A stretch of DNA of 64,000 nucleotides from an uncultured Gallionella sp. GTDB taxonomy: Bacteria; Pseudomonadota; Gammaproteobacteria; Burkholderiales; Gallionellaceae. The DNA is taken from positions 1,368 through 65,367 of the forward strand of contig CAYLOK010000009.1 in NCBI GenBank assembly GCA_964385275.1, read 5' to 3'. Both the position numbers and the translations under genes were made by a program. The notes beneath the pieces are model-generated. The model had not been told where the DNA came from. It saw only the letters and a program-made list of their open reading frames with translations, and searched no databases. Position 1 is the stretch's first letter, and each line of letters starts with the position of its first letter. This document shows positions 43,201 through 53,626 of the stretch, piece by piece.

Positions 43201-43424
43201 CGGACATACTGGTGCAGCAGGCCAATAACAACACCAAGGAGCAGTTTGCCAACTCACCCGATCTGGCGAATGAACTGATGAACGCCATCATGGATGCGCT
43301 GTCGGCACACTCATCGTTGAGCCGTCAAGCACTTGGGTCGGAGAAGGTGCGGAGCGGATTGAAAGATGTACTGCTTGGCCCCGCGCAGTTGTATGAGGCT
43401 TTGCGAGAGCAGCGCGTGGCGTAA
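40275..43424 (+). CDS. hsdR: Type I R-M restriction subunit (locus 1)
   Basis: IDLVLFLNGLPIATVELK nuclease motif, HSAGSGKT, DEAH, FTATPK and QTGFDQP. Confidence 0.96.
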   Translation: MSLHKEIEFENDICAHLAAHGWLYADGDFTTYDRARAMFPADIAAWVQTTQPKAWESLNKSHGAAAEAVLLDRLRRQLDDRGTLDVLRHGIELLGLRQPLQLAQFKPALAMNPELQQKYAANRLRVVRQVRYSLHNENSIDLVLFLNGLPIATVELKSNFTQSVDDAVDQYRFDRHPKPKSQSAAEPLLDFPRGALVHFAVSNSSVMMTTRLLGATTTFLPFNLGDHGAAGNPVNPNGHRTAYLWEQVWARESWLEIIGRYIVAKRDSKKQIKAVIFPRYHQLDATRKLLAAVLAQHSPSPLASLPPAGEGNKYLIQHSAGSGKTNSIAWTAHFLADLHDAQHKKLFDSVLVVSDRTVLDTQLQEAIFDFERTAGVVATIKGESQSKSGELAQALSGGKKIVVCTIQTFPFALQAVQELAATQGKRFAVIADEAHSSQTGAAASKLKQLLSAEEIQELADGGEVGTEDLLAANMAARANDAGITYVAFTATPKSKTLELFGRRPNLALPASDSNLPAPFHVYSMRQAIEEGFILDVLKNYTPYKLAFKLANEGREWDEKEVERSTAMKGIMRWVRLHPYNIIQKVQVVVEHFRENVQPLLEGKAKAMVVVGSRLEAVRWQIAIDKYIKSQGYKIGTLVAFSGEVNDQESHPDPLSETSKTLNANLNGNDIRVAFATDEYQILLVANKFQTGFDQPLLCGMYVDKRLAGIQAVQTLSRLNRAYPGKDTTYVLDFVNDPDEVLSAFKTYFETAELDGVTDPNLVYDLRAKLDSEGHYDDNEVDRVVNVEMNPNASQAELSAAIEPVADRLLKRYRVAQEAFKAAVANKDANAEQTAKDEMNTLVLFKHNLGAFQRVYAFLSQIFDYGNTAIEKRAIFFKRLLPLLEFGREREGVDLSKVTLTHHKLKDQGKRNLALVNGEYPKLAPLTEPGSGEVREQEKIYLALIIAKVNDLFDGELTDDDKLIYVNHVLKGKLLESDILVQQANNNTKEQFANSPDLANELMNAIMDALSAHSSLSRQALGSEKVRSGLKDVLLGPAQLYEALREQRVA
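41169..41208 (+). repeat. CCCTCACCCC-type palindromic element inside hsdR
   Basis: CCCTCACCCCTAGCCTCTCTCCCGCCAGCGGGCGAAGGGA, an imperfect hairpin translated as SPSPLASLPPAGEG just before the Walker A motif. Confidence 0.65.
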
Positions 43425-43495
43425 TTCTGCCCGGCAACCTGCCGCACTTGAAGGGCTGTAGAAATAATCAATATAATCAGGTGGATATAAATAAA

Positions 43496-44257
43496 ATGAA
43501 GCTGGCGACCTGGAATGTGAATTCGTTGAAAGTGCGCCTGCCGCAGGTGCTGGACTGGCTGGCGGAGAACCCGATCGAGGTGCTTTGCTTGCAGGAAACC
43601 AAGCAGCAGGACGTTGATTTTCCTCAGGATGCGCTGATGGCAGCGGGCTATCACAGCGTATTTATCGGTCAAAAGACTTACAACGGCGTGGCGATTTTGA
43701 GCCGCGAACCGGCTGCGGATGTGCAAACCGGTATCCCCGGTTATGAGGATGAACAGCGCCGTGTCATCGCAGCCACCTTTGGCGACATACGGGTCGTGGA
43801 TGTCTATATTCCCAACGGGCAGAGTCCCGATTCCGACAAGTACCAGTACAAGCTGGGCTGGCTGGCTGCCCTGCACGACTGGTTAAAGGAGGAACTGCTG
43901 CGCTACCCGAAACTGGTGCTGCTGGGCGACTACAATATCGCACCGGAAGACCGCGACGTGCATGACCCTGTGGCATGGCTGGGCAACGTGCTGGTAAGCC
44001 CACCGGAACGCGATGCCTTCAAAGCCTTGTTGGCGCTGGGTTTGACGGACAGTTACCGTTTATTTGAACAGGCCGAAAAAACCTTCAGCTGGTGGGATTA
44101 CCGGATGATGGGGTTCCGCCGTAACATGGGGATGCGCATTGACCATATCCTGATCAGCGAACCGCTGGTCGCGCAGTGCAAAAGTTGCGTGATAGACAAA
44201 GCGCCGCGCAAACTGGAACGCCCGTCAGATCACACGCCGGTGGTGGTGGAGCTGTAG
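43496..44257 (+). CDS. xth: Exodeoxyribonuclease III
   Basis: MKLATWNVNS, LQETK, YNGVAI, YIPNG, GDYNIAP, RIDHIL and SDHTPV. ATG at 43496. Confidence 0.96.
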   Translation: MKLATWNVNSLKVRLPQVLDWLAENPIEVLCLQETKQQDVDFPQDALMAAGYHSVFIGQKTYNGVAILSREPAADVQTGIPGYEDEQRRVIAATFGDIRVVDVYIPNGQSPDSDKYQYKLGWLAALHDWLKEELLRYPKLVLLGDYNIAPEDRDVHDPVAWLGNVLVSPPERDAFKALLALGLTDSYRLFEQAEKTFSWWDYRMMGFRRNMGMRIDHILISEPLVAQCKSCVIDKAPRKLERPSDHTPVVVEL

Positions 44258-44286
44258 ATTGGCCGAAGCGCGGGGCAGTTTAACTG

Positions 44287-45450
44287 CTAACCATTCGCCC
44301 CGAACATCATTCTCTTTGCGACAAATTTCTTGGCAAACGGCAAACAGTCCAATGCAGTCAGTGAGGCGGCGCGGGCGATGCCTACCAGCGGCAGCTCGTT
44401 GGAGAACAGACGTACCAGGCTGTCGGTGAAGCGGATGCCCGCTTCGCGGTCGAGGCGCCGTTGGCTGCGGTAGGCGGCGAGCATTTCCTCAGTGCCCAGC
44501 ACTTCCGGTGTGACGTCCAGTATTTCCTGTGCCAGTTCCCATGCGTCGCGCAGCCCCAGATTGAAGCCCTGCCCGGCCACCGGATGCATGGTCTGTGCGG
44601 CGTTACCGAGCAGCACGGTGTGCGGCATCGGCGACTGTTTCGGGGCTTTTTTCAGTCCCAGCGGGTAGCAACTGCGTTTGCCTGCGGCCAGGAATTCGCC
44701 GACCCGGTCGCCGAAGTGCTGATGCAATTCGGACAAAAACTGCGCGTCATCCCAAGCCAGCATTTCCTGCGCGCGTTGATGCGGCGCAGTCCAGACGATT
44801 TCGTAGCCGTCCTTGTACGGCAGCAAGGCCAGCGGCCCTTGCGGGGTGAAGCGCTCGAATGCGGTGTCGGCCTTGGGGGCGGCGCAGGTGACGTGAGTGA
44901 TGACGGCGCTTTGCCCGTAATCGTGGAACGAAGGCGGGAATTGCTCGGCCAGCAACTTTCCACCATCAGCGACCACGGCTAAACGGGTGCGCAAGATGTG
45001 ATCCATTCCATCCTGCTGATAAGCGATAAGCGCATGGTCGGTTTCGTCGGCAAGCCGTGTGACGCTTGCGCCGTAAAGGGTTGCTGCGGAGCTGTTATTG
45101 AGCGCATCGGTCAGCGCGTCTTGTAACGTCGGGTAGGGCAGCACATAGCCCAGTTCCGTCACGTTCATTTCTTCGGCGCGCAATACGGCTCTGCCGAAGC
45201 TTTGTTTCTGCGAAATATGGATGGTGCGTATCGGCGAAACTTCCTGCATTTTGTCCCATACGCCGAGACGCTCCAGCAACAAACGGCTGCCGTAAGACAG
45301 GGCGAGCGCGCGAGCATCCGTACTGGGTGCATTCGCCGGGCGCGCTTCCAGTACACAGATTTTTAGTGGGCTGTCTCGCAAAGCCAGTGCCAGCGCGCTG
45401 CCCACCGGCCCGCCGCCGATGATGGCGATGTCGTAGTTGGAATCATTCAT
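44287..45450 (-). CDS. ubiH: UbiH/COQ6-family FAD-dependent monooxygenase
   Basis: IIGGGPVG, DARALALS, AFERFTPQGPLALLP and HPVAGQGFNLGLRD; downstream of pepP. ATG at 45450. Confidence 0.85.
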   Translation of the reverse strand: MNDSNYDIAIIGGGPVGSALALALRDSPLKICVLEARPANAPSTDARALALSYGSRLLLERLGVWDKMQEVSPIRTIHISQKQSFGRAVLRAEEMNVTELGYVLPYPTLQDALTDALNNSSAATLYGASVTRLADETDHALIAYQQDGMDHILRTRLAVVADGGKLLAEQFPPSFHDYGQSAVITHVTCAAPKADTAFERFTPQGPLALLPYKDGYEIVWTAPHQRAQEMLAWDDAQFLSELHQHFGDRVGEFLAAGKRSCYPLGLKKAPKQSPMPHTVLLGNAAQTMHPVAGQGFNLGLRDAWELAQEILDVTPEVLGTEEMLAAYRSQRRLDREAGIRFTDSLVRLFSNELPLVGIARAASLTALDCLPFAKKFVAKRMMFGANG

Positions 45451-46753
45451 TGCGCATAACCTCCTCGATTTCATTGACCGTTTTAGGGGCGGCTGCGGTC
45501 AGCACTTCATTGCCTGTTGCCGTGATGACCACGTCGTCCTCGATGCGGATGCCGATATTCCACAACGCGATCGGCACATCGTCGGCGGGACGGATGTAGC
45601 AGCCGGGCTCGACGGTCAGCACCATGCCGGGTTGCAGGGGACGCCATTGCTCGTCTATCTTGTAGTCGCCGACATCGTGCACGTCCATCCCCAGCCAGTG
45701 GCCGGTTCGGTGCATGTAATACTTCTTGTAGCTCTCGCTCTCCAGCACGCTATCCACCGTGCCGTGGCACAACTTCAGGTCGATGAAGCCTTGCGCCAGT
45801 ATGCGCAAAGCGGCGTTATGCGGCGCTTCCCAGCTATTGCCGGGCTGTGCGGCAGCGATTGCGGCAACTTGGGATGCCAGCACGATTTCGTACAGCGCTT
45901 TTTGCGCGCCCAGAAAGCGGCCATTCACCGGATAAGTGCGGGTGATATCGGAGGCATAGCCTTCCAGTTCGCAACCCGCGTCGATCAACAGCAGATCGCC
46001 GTCGTGCAGTTTGGCATTGTTTTCGACGTAATGCAGCACGCAGGCATTCGCGCCGCCCGCGACGATAGAGGTATAAGCGGGGTCGCGCGCACCGTTGCGA
46101 CAGAATTCGTGCAGCAATTCGGCTTCGACTTGATATTCAAATTGTCCGGGACGGGTGAATTGCATTGCGCGCGCATGCGCGGAAGTTGAAATGGCGGCGG
46201 CTCGGCGCAGAATGTCCAGTTCATGCACGTCCTTGAATAATCTCATTTCATTGAGCAGGGTGCGCACATCGCGGATTTCGTCCGGCGCGCTGATGCCGCT
46301 GCGCGATTTTTCCTGAACGGCGCCGCGCAGTCTGAGCATGCGTTGATCCCAGGCGCTATCCGCACCCAGCGGATAAAACAGCGCGGGCTGGTTACCCATC
46401 AGTTCGATCAGCTTTTCATCCAGCTTTGCGATGGGATACGCTGCGTCGAAGCCGAACCTCTCCCGGGCGGCATCGGGCCCGGAGCGATAACCATGCCAGA
46501 TTTCACGTTCCATATCCTTCTCGCGGCAGAACAGGATGGATTGCGGCGGTTCATCCTCGCGGGCGACCAGTACCAGCACCGATTCCGGTTCGGCAAAACC
46601 GCTCAGATAATAAAAGCTGCTGTCGAAGCGGTAGGGGTGGTCGGCATCGCCGTTGCGGCGTTGTTCGGGTGCATTGGGGATAATCGCGATGCCGCGCTGC
46701 ATTTGCTTGAGCAGACGTGCGCGGCGCTGGGCATGGATGTTTGGGTTAAACAT
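45443..46753 (-). CDS. pepP: Xaa-Pro aminopeptidase
   Basis: FDSSFYYLSGF, DAGCELEGYASDITRT, HRTGHWLGMDVHD, TVEPG and GIRIEDD. Confidence 0.96.
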   Translation of the reverse strand: MFNPNIHAQRRARLLKQMQRGIAIIPNAPEQRRNGDADHPYRFDSSFYYLSGFAEPESVLVLVAREDEPPQSILFCREKDMEREIWHGYRSGPDAARERFGFDAAYPIAKLDEKLIELMGNQPALFYPLGADSAWDQRMLRLRGAVQEKSRSGISAPDEIRDVRTLLNEMRLFKDVHELDILRRAAAISTSAHARAMQFTRPGQFEYQVEAELLHEFCRNGARDPAYTSIVAGGANACVLHYVENNAKLHDGDLLLIDAGCELEGYASDITRTYPVNGRFLGAQKALYEIVLASQVAAIAAAQPGNSWEAPHNAALRILAQGFIDLKLCHGTVDSVLESESYKKYYMHRTGHWLGMDVHDVGDYKIDEQWRPLQPGMVLTVEPGCYIRPADDVPIALWNIGIRIEDDVVITATGNEVLTAAAPKTVNEIEEVMRNE

Positions 46754-46806
46754 ATGTGCGGGATTTTTATCGGGTCTGTAGGGTTAGTTCGCGACAGCGC
46801 CTTGAA

Positions 46807-48192
46807 TCAGGTCGCGGGAAGCAGTTTTTTAAACAGCGGATAAAATTCGCGGTCTGTCTTGAGCATGTGCTGCGCGACCACCTCGTTTGCGAGAAAATCC
46901 ACCAGCTCGCCTATCGTAACGCCTCCCGCTGCTGCCGCGTCGCGAAGTTGTAGCGCGTGTTCGATCAATATCCTGTGGGCGCGTGCCTGGACATCGAGAT
47001 CGGCGAAATGATGCCGGGCAAGAATCGCTTCCTCATCGGCGAAGTGCTGCACTACATGTGCGAGCAGTATTTTCAGCGCAGCGTCGAATTTTTGGGGATT
47101 TTCATTGCGCGAGAAGGCAGACTCAATCAGCTTATTGGCCAGTTCGAACAATTTGCGATGCTCATCATCAATGGTAGGTTCGCCGCAATCGTAGGAATCA
47201 TGCCAGTTCAGGCGCAGTATCGTGGAATTTTGTTCTGCTTCCCACAGCTCACTGCTGCCCTTTGGATCGGATACGACGCGATTGCGCCCGCCATTCTTCG
47301 CTGCATACAGCGCCGTGTCGGCGCGTTGAAAATAAGCCTGTTCGCCCTCGCCGGCAACGTACTCTGCGACACCCAGGCTGATGGTGATATTCCCTGCCGT
47401 CTCGATAGGGCACTGTTCGACTTTGCTGCGCAGCGTTTCGGCCAGCTTCGCTGCGTCATGATGGCTGGTGGACGGCGCCAGGACGACAAACTCCTCGCCG
47501 CCCCAGCGGAACAGCGTGTCCGAGGTGCGAATGTTCATTGAAACAATCTTGACCAGCTCGCGCAGGACTTCATCGCCAACGGCATGGCCGTAGGTATCAT
47601 TGACCCGCTTGAAATGGTCAATGTCGAAGAAAATCAGGGCCAGCGGCTGACGGTAACGGACGCTGCGACTTAATTCGATGGCGAGGGTTTTATCAAAATG
47701 GACGCGATTCCATGCGCCCGTCAGGCGGTCTGTCGAGCTTAGCTTTTCCAGTTCGGAAATGCGATTGTGCATTTCAGACAGCTCAGCGTCATACGCGGAT
47801 TCGGCGACCGTTTCGAACACCAGAATAGTGTTGCCGCCGACATTGACGGCCCGTACAAAAATCGGCGAGATGCAGCCGTTGCATTGCAACGCAACGGGCG
47901 CGTGAGTGTAAGCGTACGGATCACGCATTATCTTTTGCAGGCCGTCCGACTTGAGACAGGACGCATCGAAGCTGTCGGTAAAACTTCGGTTGAGCAGTTT
48001 GATGTCGCCCTCTTTGCCGACAATGGCCAGTGGTAGCGGGAACTGGGTGAGCAGGTCATGCGTGTTTGGCTCGGAAAGCCAGGAAATATCGCCGTTCAAC
48101 ATCTGCTCACCCGTCTCAAAGTTAACCAAATTGTCCAGCCTCGATGGACTCTGGCGCATCCTATCATCATTGGATAATCGCGGGAATTTCAA
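46807..48192 (-). CDS. Diguanylate cyclase (GGEEF) with C-terminal bacteriohemerythrin domain
   Basis: DIDHFKRVNDTYGHAVGD, RTSD I-site and RWGGEEF. Hemerythrin motifs are IDDEHRKL, HFADEE and HMLKTD. True start uncertain. Confidence 0.9.
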   Translation of the reverse strand: MKFPRLSNDDRMRQSPSRLDNLVNFETGEQMLNGDISWLSEPNTHDLLTQFPLPLAIVGKEGDIKLLNRSFTDSFDASCLKSDGLQKIMRDPYAYTHAPVALQCNGCISPIFVRAVNVGGNTILVFETVAESAYDAELSEMHNRISELEKLSSTDRLTGAWNRVHFDKTLAIELSRSVRYRQPLALIFFDIDHFKRVNDTYGHAVGDEVLRELVKIVSMNIRTSDTLFRWGGEEFVVLAPSTSHHDAAKLAETLRSKVEQCPIETAGNITISLGVAEYVAGEGEQAYFQRADTALYAAKNGGRNRVVSDPKGSSELWEAEQNSTILRLNWHDSYDCGEPTIDDEHRKLFELANKLIESAFSRNENPQKFDAALKILLAHVVQHFADEEAILARHHFADLDVQARAHRILIEHALQLRDAAAAGGVTIGELVDFLANEVVAQHMLKTDREFYPLFKKLLPAT

Positions 48193-49889
<1,697 letters not shown>

Positions 49890-49950
49890 AGTGGGCTTTT
49901 AAAATGTTCTTAATGGTAAACTTGCAAAAGTTTACCACCTTACCAATATT

Positions 49951-52278
49951 ATGCGGTTCCGTATTAAGTCTGTTGTGCTCACTTTGCTTTGTGTTTTTGC
50001 CCACCCTGCCGTGGCCGAAGAGGCGCGCGCGCAAGATCGGCCCGTCGTTACGCCATCGGCGCAGGAAGAACCCGTGTTTATCGAGGCGGACAAGCTGACG
50101 GGCGACAATGAGAACCAGGTCGAAGCCCGTGGCAATGCCATCCTGCTCAAATCCAATCAGACTGTGCGTGCGGATCGCTTGCTGTATGACCAGGAAACGG
50201 GCGATGTGGAAGGGCTGGGCTCGGTCGTGGTGGAGCAGGAAGGCAGCACGATGAGCGGGCCGAATCTCAAGCTGAATATGGATACGCATGCCGGATTCAT
50301 GGAGCAGCCGGTTTTCTATCTGAAGGAAAATGACGGTCGCGGCTCCGGCGATATGCTGCATATTCAGGATCAGCAACACTACACGCTGGATAACGCGACT
50401 TATACCACCTGCCCCGCCGATGATCAGGACTGGCTGGTGAAAATGGGCAGCCTGGAAATAGACCGCGACCAGCAAGTGGGCGTGGCTCGTCACGCCCGCG
50501 TGGAATTCATGGATGTGCCTATACTGTATTCGCCCTGGATGGACTTTCCGTTGGGGAGCCAGCGCAAATCCGGTTTTCTGGCGCCGATTGTCGGCGGCAC
50601 GACCAAGGGCGGCACTGAACTGACGCTGCCTTTTTTCTGGGATATTGCGCCGAATCTCGATGCGACCTTTGCACCACGCCTGATGTCCAAGCGGGGGCTG
50701 ATGTTCAACAATGAGTTTCGCTATCTGGAACCGGGTTATGCCGGTGAATTGCATGTGGATGTATTGCCGAGTGACGCGCTTGCCAACAAGAATCGCGCCC
50801 GTGTCGGACTGAAGCACGGCCAGTCGTTTGGCGCCGGACTGAACGCACAGCTCAACTTTAACCGCGTCTCGGATAACGCTTATTACCGGGATCTGGCCGA
50901 TGCGGTGAGTGTCACTTCGCAGGTCAACCTGTTGCAGGATGCGTCCTTGAGCTATGGCGCAAGTTGGTGGAGCAGTACGGCACGCCTGCAACGTTACCAG
51001 ACCCTGCAAGATTCACTCGCCCCGATCAGTGTGCCTTATGCGCGTTTGCCGCAGTTCACCTTAACTGCGGCACAGAATTATGCCGGGGCAAATGTTACTT
51101 TTTCCGGTGAGTATGTAAATTTTAGCCATCCCACGGCGCTGAACGGGCAGCGACTGGTAATCAATCCCGGCGTGAGTTATCCGCTGATTCGTGCGCCGGC
51201 CTATTTTCTCACCCCCAAACTTTCGATGCACGCCACCAGCTATGCGATGGGCGCTAATAACGCGACGGCATTGCCGGATTCATCGCGCATCCTGCCGATG
51301 CTGAGCGTGGATAGCGGTGCAGTGTTCGAGCGCGACATCAAGCTGCTCGGCAATAATTATCTGAACACCCTGGAGCCTCGCGCCTACTATGTGTACGTGC
51401 CTTACAAGGAACAGAATCTGTTGCCGGTTTACGATACGGCCCAGGCCCCGTTCAGCTTTACACAAATGTTTACGGATAATCGTTTTTTCGGCAATGACCG
51501 GGTCGGCGATGCAAATCAGGTCACACTGGCTGTCATCTCGCGTTTTCTGGGGCAGGACGATGGCACTGAGCATTTAAAATTCACGCTGGGCCAGCGTTTC
51601 AGCTTGAGCACCCCGCAAGTGAATCTGGTCGCGCCCACGACGACGACGAACCAATCGGATATTCTGCTGGCCGCATCGGGTCGTGTGAGCCAGGCGTGGT
51701 CGTTTGACAGCGAGTTGCAATACACCCCCGGCCTGGCAATGGTTCAACATTACAACATCATGGCGCGTTATCGCCCCGAAGCGGGCAAGGTACTCAGCAT
51801 GGGCTACCGCTACATCGGCGATTCGCTTGGAACATTGATTCCCGGTGTGATTACTCCCACCGGTTTCATCAGGATCAACGGGATACTCTATCCCACAACG
51901 GGCGGGATACCTTACACTACGATAGGCGGAAGGAATTACTCGGTCGCCTCGCCCGGCTTGCGGCAAATAAATATTTCAGGACAATGGCCGCTGTCCAGTC
52001 GCTGGCATGCCGTGGGACAGTGGAACTATTCTTTCCTGGATAATCGGCTTTTGAGCGGAATCGCCGGACTTGAATACAATCAAAGCTGCTGGATGCTGAG
52101 ACTGGTGGCGCACAGTTTTACGGTCGGCACGAACCAGACCAGCACGGGGATTTTTGTACAGCTTGAATTGAATGATCTGGTGAAGGTAGGCTCGGATCCC
52201 TTGATGTTGCTCAAGCAAAGCGTGCCTGGTTACACAAAATTAAACGATAAACCCGCAAACAGCTCCGTCTTGCGTTAA
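49951..52278 (+). CDS. lptD: LPS-assembly outer membrane protein
   Basis: Signal peptide, YTTCP, RKSGFLAP, LEPRAYYVYVPY, DRVGDANQ and YNQSCW; precedes surA. Confidence 0.95.
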   Translation: MRFRIKSVVLTLLCVFAHPAVAEEARAQDRPVVTPSAQEEPVFIEADKLTGDNENQVEARGNAILLKSNQTVRADRLLYDQETGDVEGLGSVVVEQEGSTMSGPNLKLNMDTHAGFMEQPVFYLKENDGRGSGDMLHIQDQQHYTLDNATYTTCPADDQDWLVKMGSLEIDRDQQVGVARHARVEFMDVPILYSPWMDFPLGSQRKSGFLAPIVGGTTKGGTELTLPFFWDIAPNLDATFAPRLMSKRGLMFNNEFRYLEPGYAGELHVDVLPSDALANKNRARVGLKHGQSFGAGLNAQLNFNRVSDNAYYRDLADAVSVTSQVNLLQDASLSYGASWWSSTARLQRYQTLQDSLAPISVPYARLPQFTLTAAQNYAGANVTFSGEYVNFSHPTALNGQRLVINPGVSYPLIRAPAYFLTPKLSMHATSYAMGANNATALPDSSRILPMLSVDSGAVFERDIKLLGNNYLNTLEPRAYYVYVPYKEQNLLPVYDTAQAPFSFTQMFTDNRFFGNDRVGDANQVTLAVISRFLGQDDGTEHLKFTLGQRFSLSTPQVNLVAPTTTTNQSDILLAASGRVSQAWSFDSELQYTPGLAMVQHYNIMARYRPEAGKVLSMGYRYIGDSLGTLIPGVITPTGFIRINGILYPTTGGIPYTTIGGRNYSVASPGLRQINISGQWPLSSRWHAVGQWNYSFLDNRLLSGIAGLEYNQSCWMLRLVAHSFTVGTNQTSTGIFVQLELNDLVKVGSDPLMLLKQSVPGYTKLNDKPANSSVLR

Positions 52279-52291
52279 TTAATCCCGAGAG

Positions 52292-53626
52292 ATGACTATG
52301 TCAAAAATCAAATTCCCTGTTTTCTTGAGCGCCATGTTGCTGGCCGCGTCCCCTGTCCCGGCCATGGAACAACAAGCAATAGATCCGCAGCAGCAGGTAG
52401 CGATGATAGATTCCGTCGCAGCGGTGGTGAACGATGACGTAATCACCCGCCATGAACTGGACGAGCGGTTGCGTACAGTCATCAGCCAGTTGCGCAAACA
52501 GGGCACGCCGCTGCCGGAGAAGAGCGTGCTGGAAAAGCAAATCCTCGAACGCATGATTACCGAAATGCTGCAAGCGCAATACGCGAAGGAAAGCGGGGTG
52601 CGAGTGGACGATACGCAGCTGGATCTGGCCATGACGCGCATCGCCCAGCAAAATAATTTCCCCACGCTGTCTGAATTTCTGGCCAAACTCGAAGCTGAAA
52701 ACGTGAATATCAGGAAATTCCGTGAGGAGATCCGCGCCGAAATCGTTTCTACCCGGCTGCGCGAACGCGAAGTCGAGAGCAAGCTGATTATCAGCGATAC
52801 CGAAGTGGACAATTACCTCGCCAACAAGGCCAAGATGGGCACGGAGAACGAGGAATATCACCTCGCGCATGTTCTGGTGGTCGTACCTGAGCAAGCCAGT
52901 GCCGACAAAATCCGCGCTGCGCGTGATCGCGCCGACCAGGCGCTGGCGCAACTCGCGGACGGCGCAAATTTTGCGCAAGTCGCGGCAGGCTTTTCAGATG
53001 CGAAAGACGCGCTGAAGGGCGGCGATCTGGGCTGGCGTCCCAGCGACCGTATTCCGCCGCTTTTCATGAACGAATTGCAAACGCTGAAATCCGGCCAGAA
53101 TACGGCAGTGTTACGCAGTCCGAGCGGCTTTCATATCCTCAGGCTGATTGAAAAACGCAGCAGCAGCGCGCCGGTGGTGATTACGGAAACCCATGCGCGA
53201 CACATTCTGATCAAAACCAGCGAAATCGTTGCGCAGGCCGAGGCCAAAAAACGCATTATGGAAATCAGGCAGCGCATTGATGGCGGTGCCGGTTTTGCAG
53301 AACAGGCCAAACGCTATTCGCAGGACGGCAGCGCGCAGCAGGGCGGCGATCTGGACTGGTTATCGCCGGGGCAGACGGTGCCCGGCTTCGAAGAGACCAT
53401 GAACAAATTGCAAATCGGGGAAATCGGCATGGCGCAAACCCAGTTCGGCTGGCATCTGGTTCAGGTGCTGGAACGGCGCAATACCGATGTCAGCGTACAG
53501 CAGCAACGTCAGCAGGCGCGTATTTCCATCGGCACCTTTAAATCCGAAGAGTTGTATCAGGACTGGTTGCGTCAACTGCGTGACCGTGCGTTTGTTGAGT
53601 ACCGCCTCGAAGATGAGTTGAAATAA
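52292..53626 (+). CDS. surA: Periplasmic chaperone/PPIase
   Basis: VAAVVNDDVIT and two parvulin domains (GGDLGW, SPSGFHI, HARHILI, TQFGWHLV). Confidence 0.95.
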   Translation: MTMSKIKFPVFLSAMLLAASPVPAMEQQAIDPQQQVAMIDSVAAVVNDDVITRHELDERLRTVISQLRKQGTPLPEKSVLEKQILERMITEMLQAQYAKESGVRVDDTQLDLAMTRIAQQNNFPTLSEFLAKLEAENVNIRKFREEIRAEIVSTRLREREVESKLIISDTEVDNYLANKAKMGTENEEYHLAHVLVVVPEQASADKIRAARDRADQALAQLADGANFAQVAAGFSDAKDALKGGDLGWRPSDRIPPLFMNELQTLKSGQNTAVLRSPSGFHILRLIEKRSSSAPVVITETHARHILIKTSEIVAQAEAKKRIMEIRQRIDGGAGFAEQAKRYSQDGSAQQGGDLDWLSPGQTVPGFEETMNKLQIGEIGMAQTQFGWHLVQVLERRNTDVSVQQQRQQARISIGTFKSEELYQDWLRQLRDRAFVEYRLEDELK

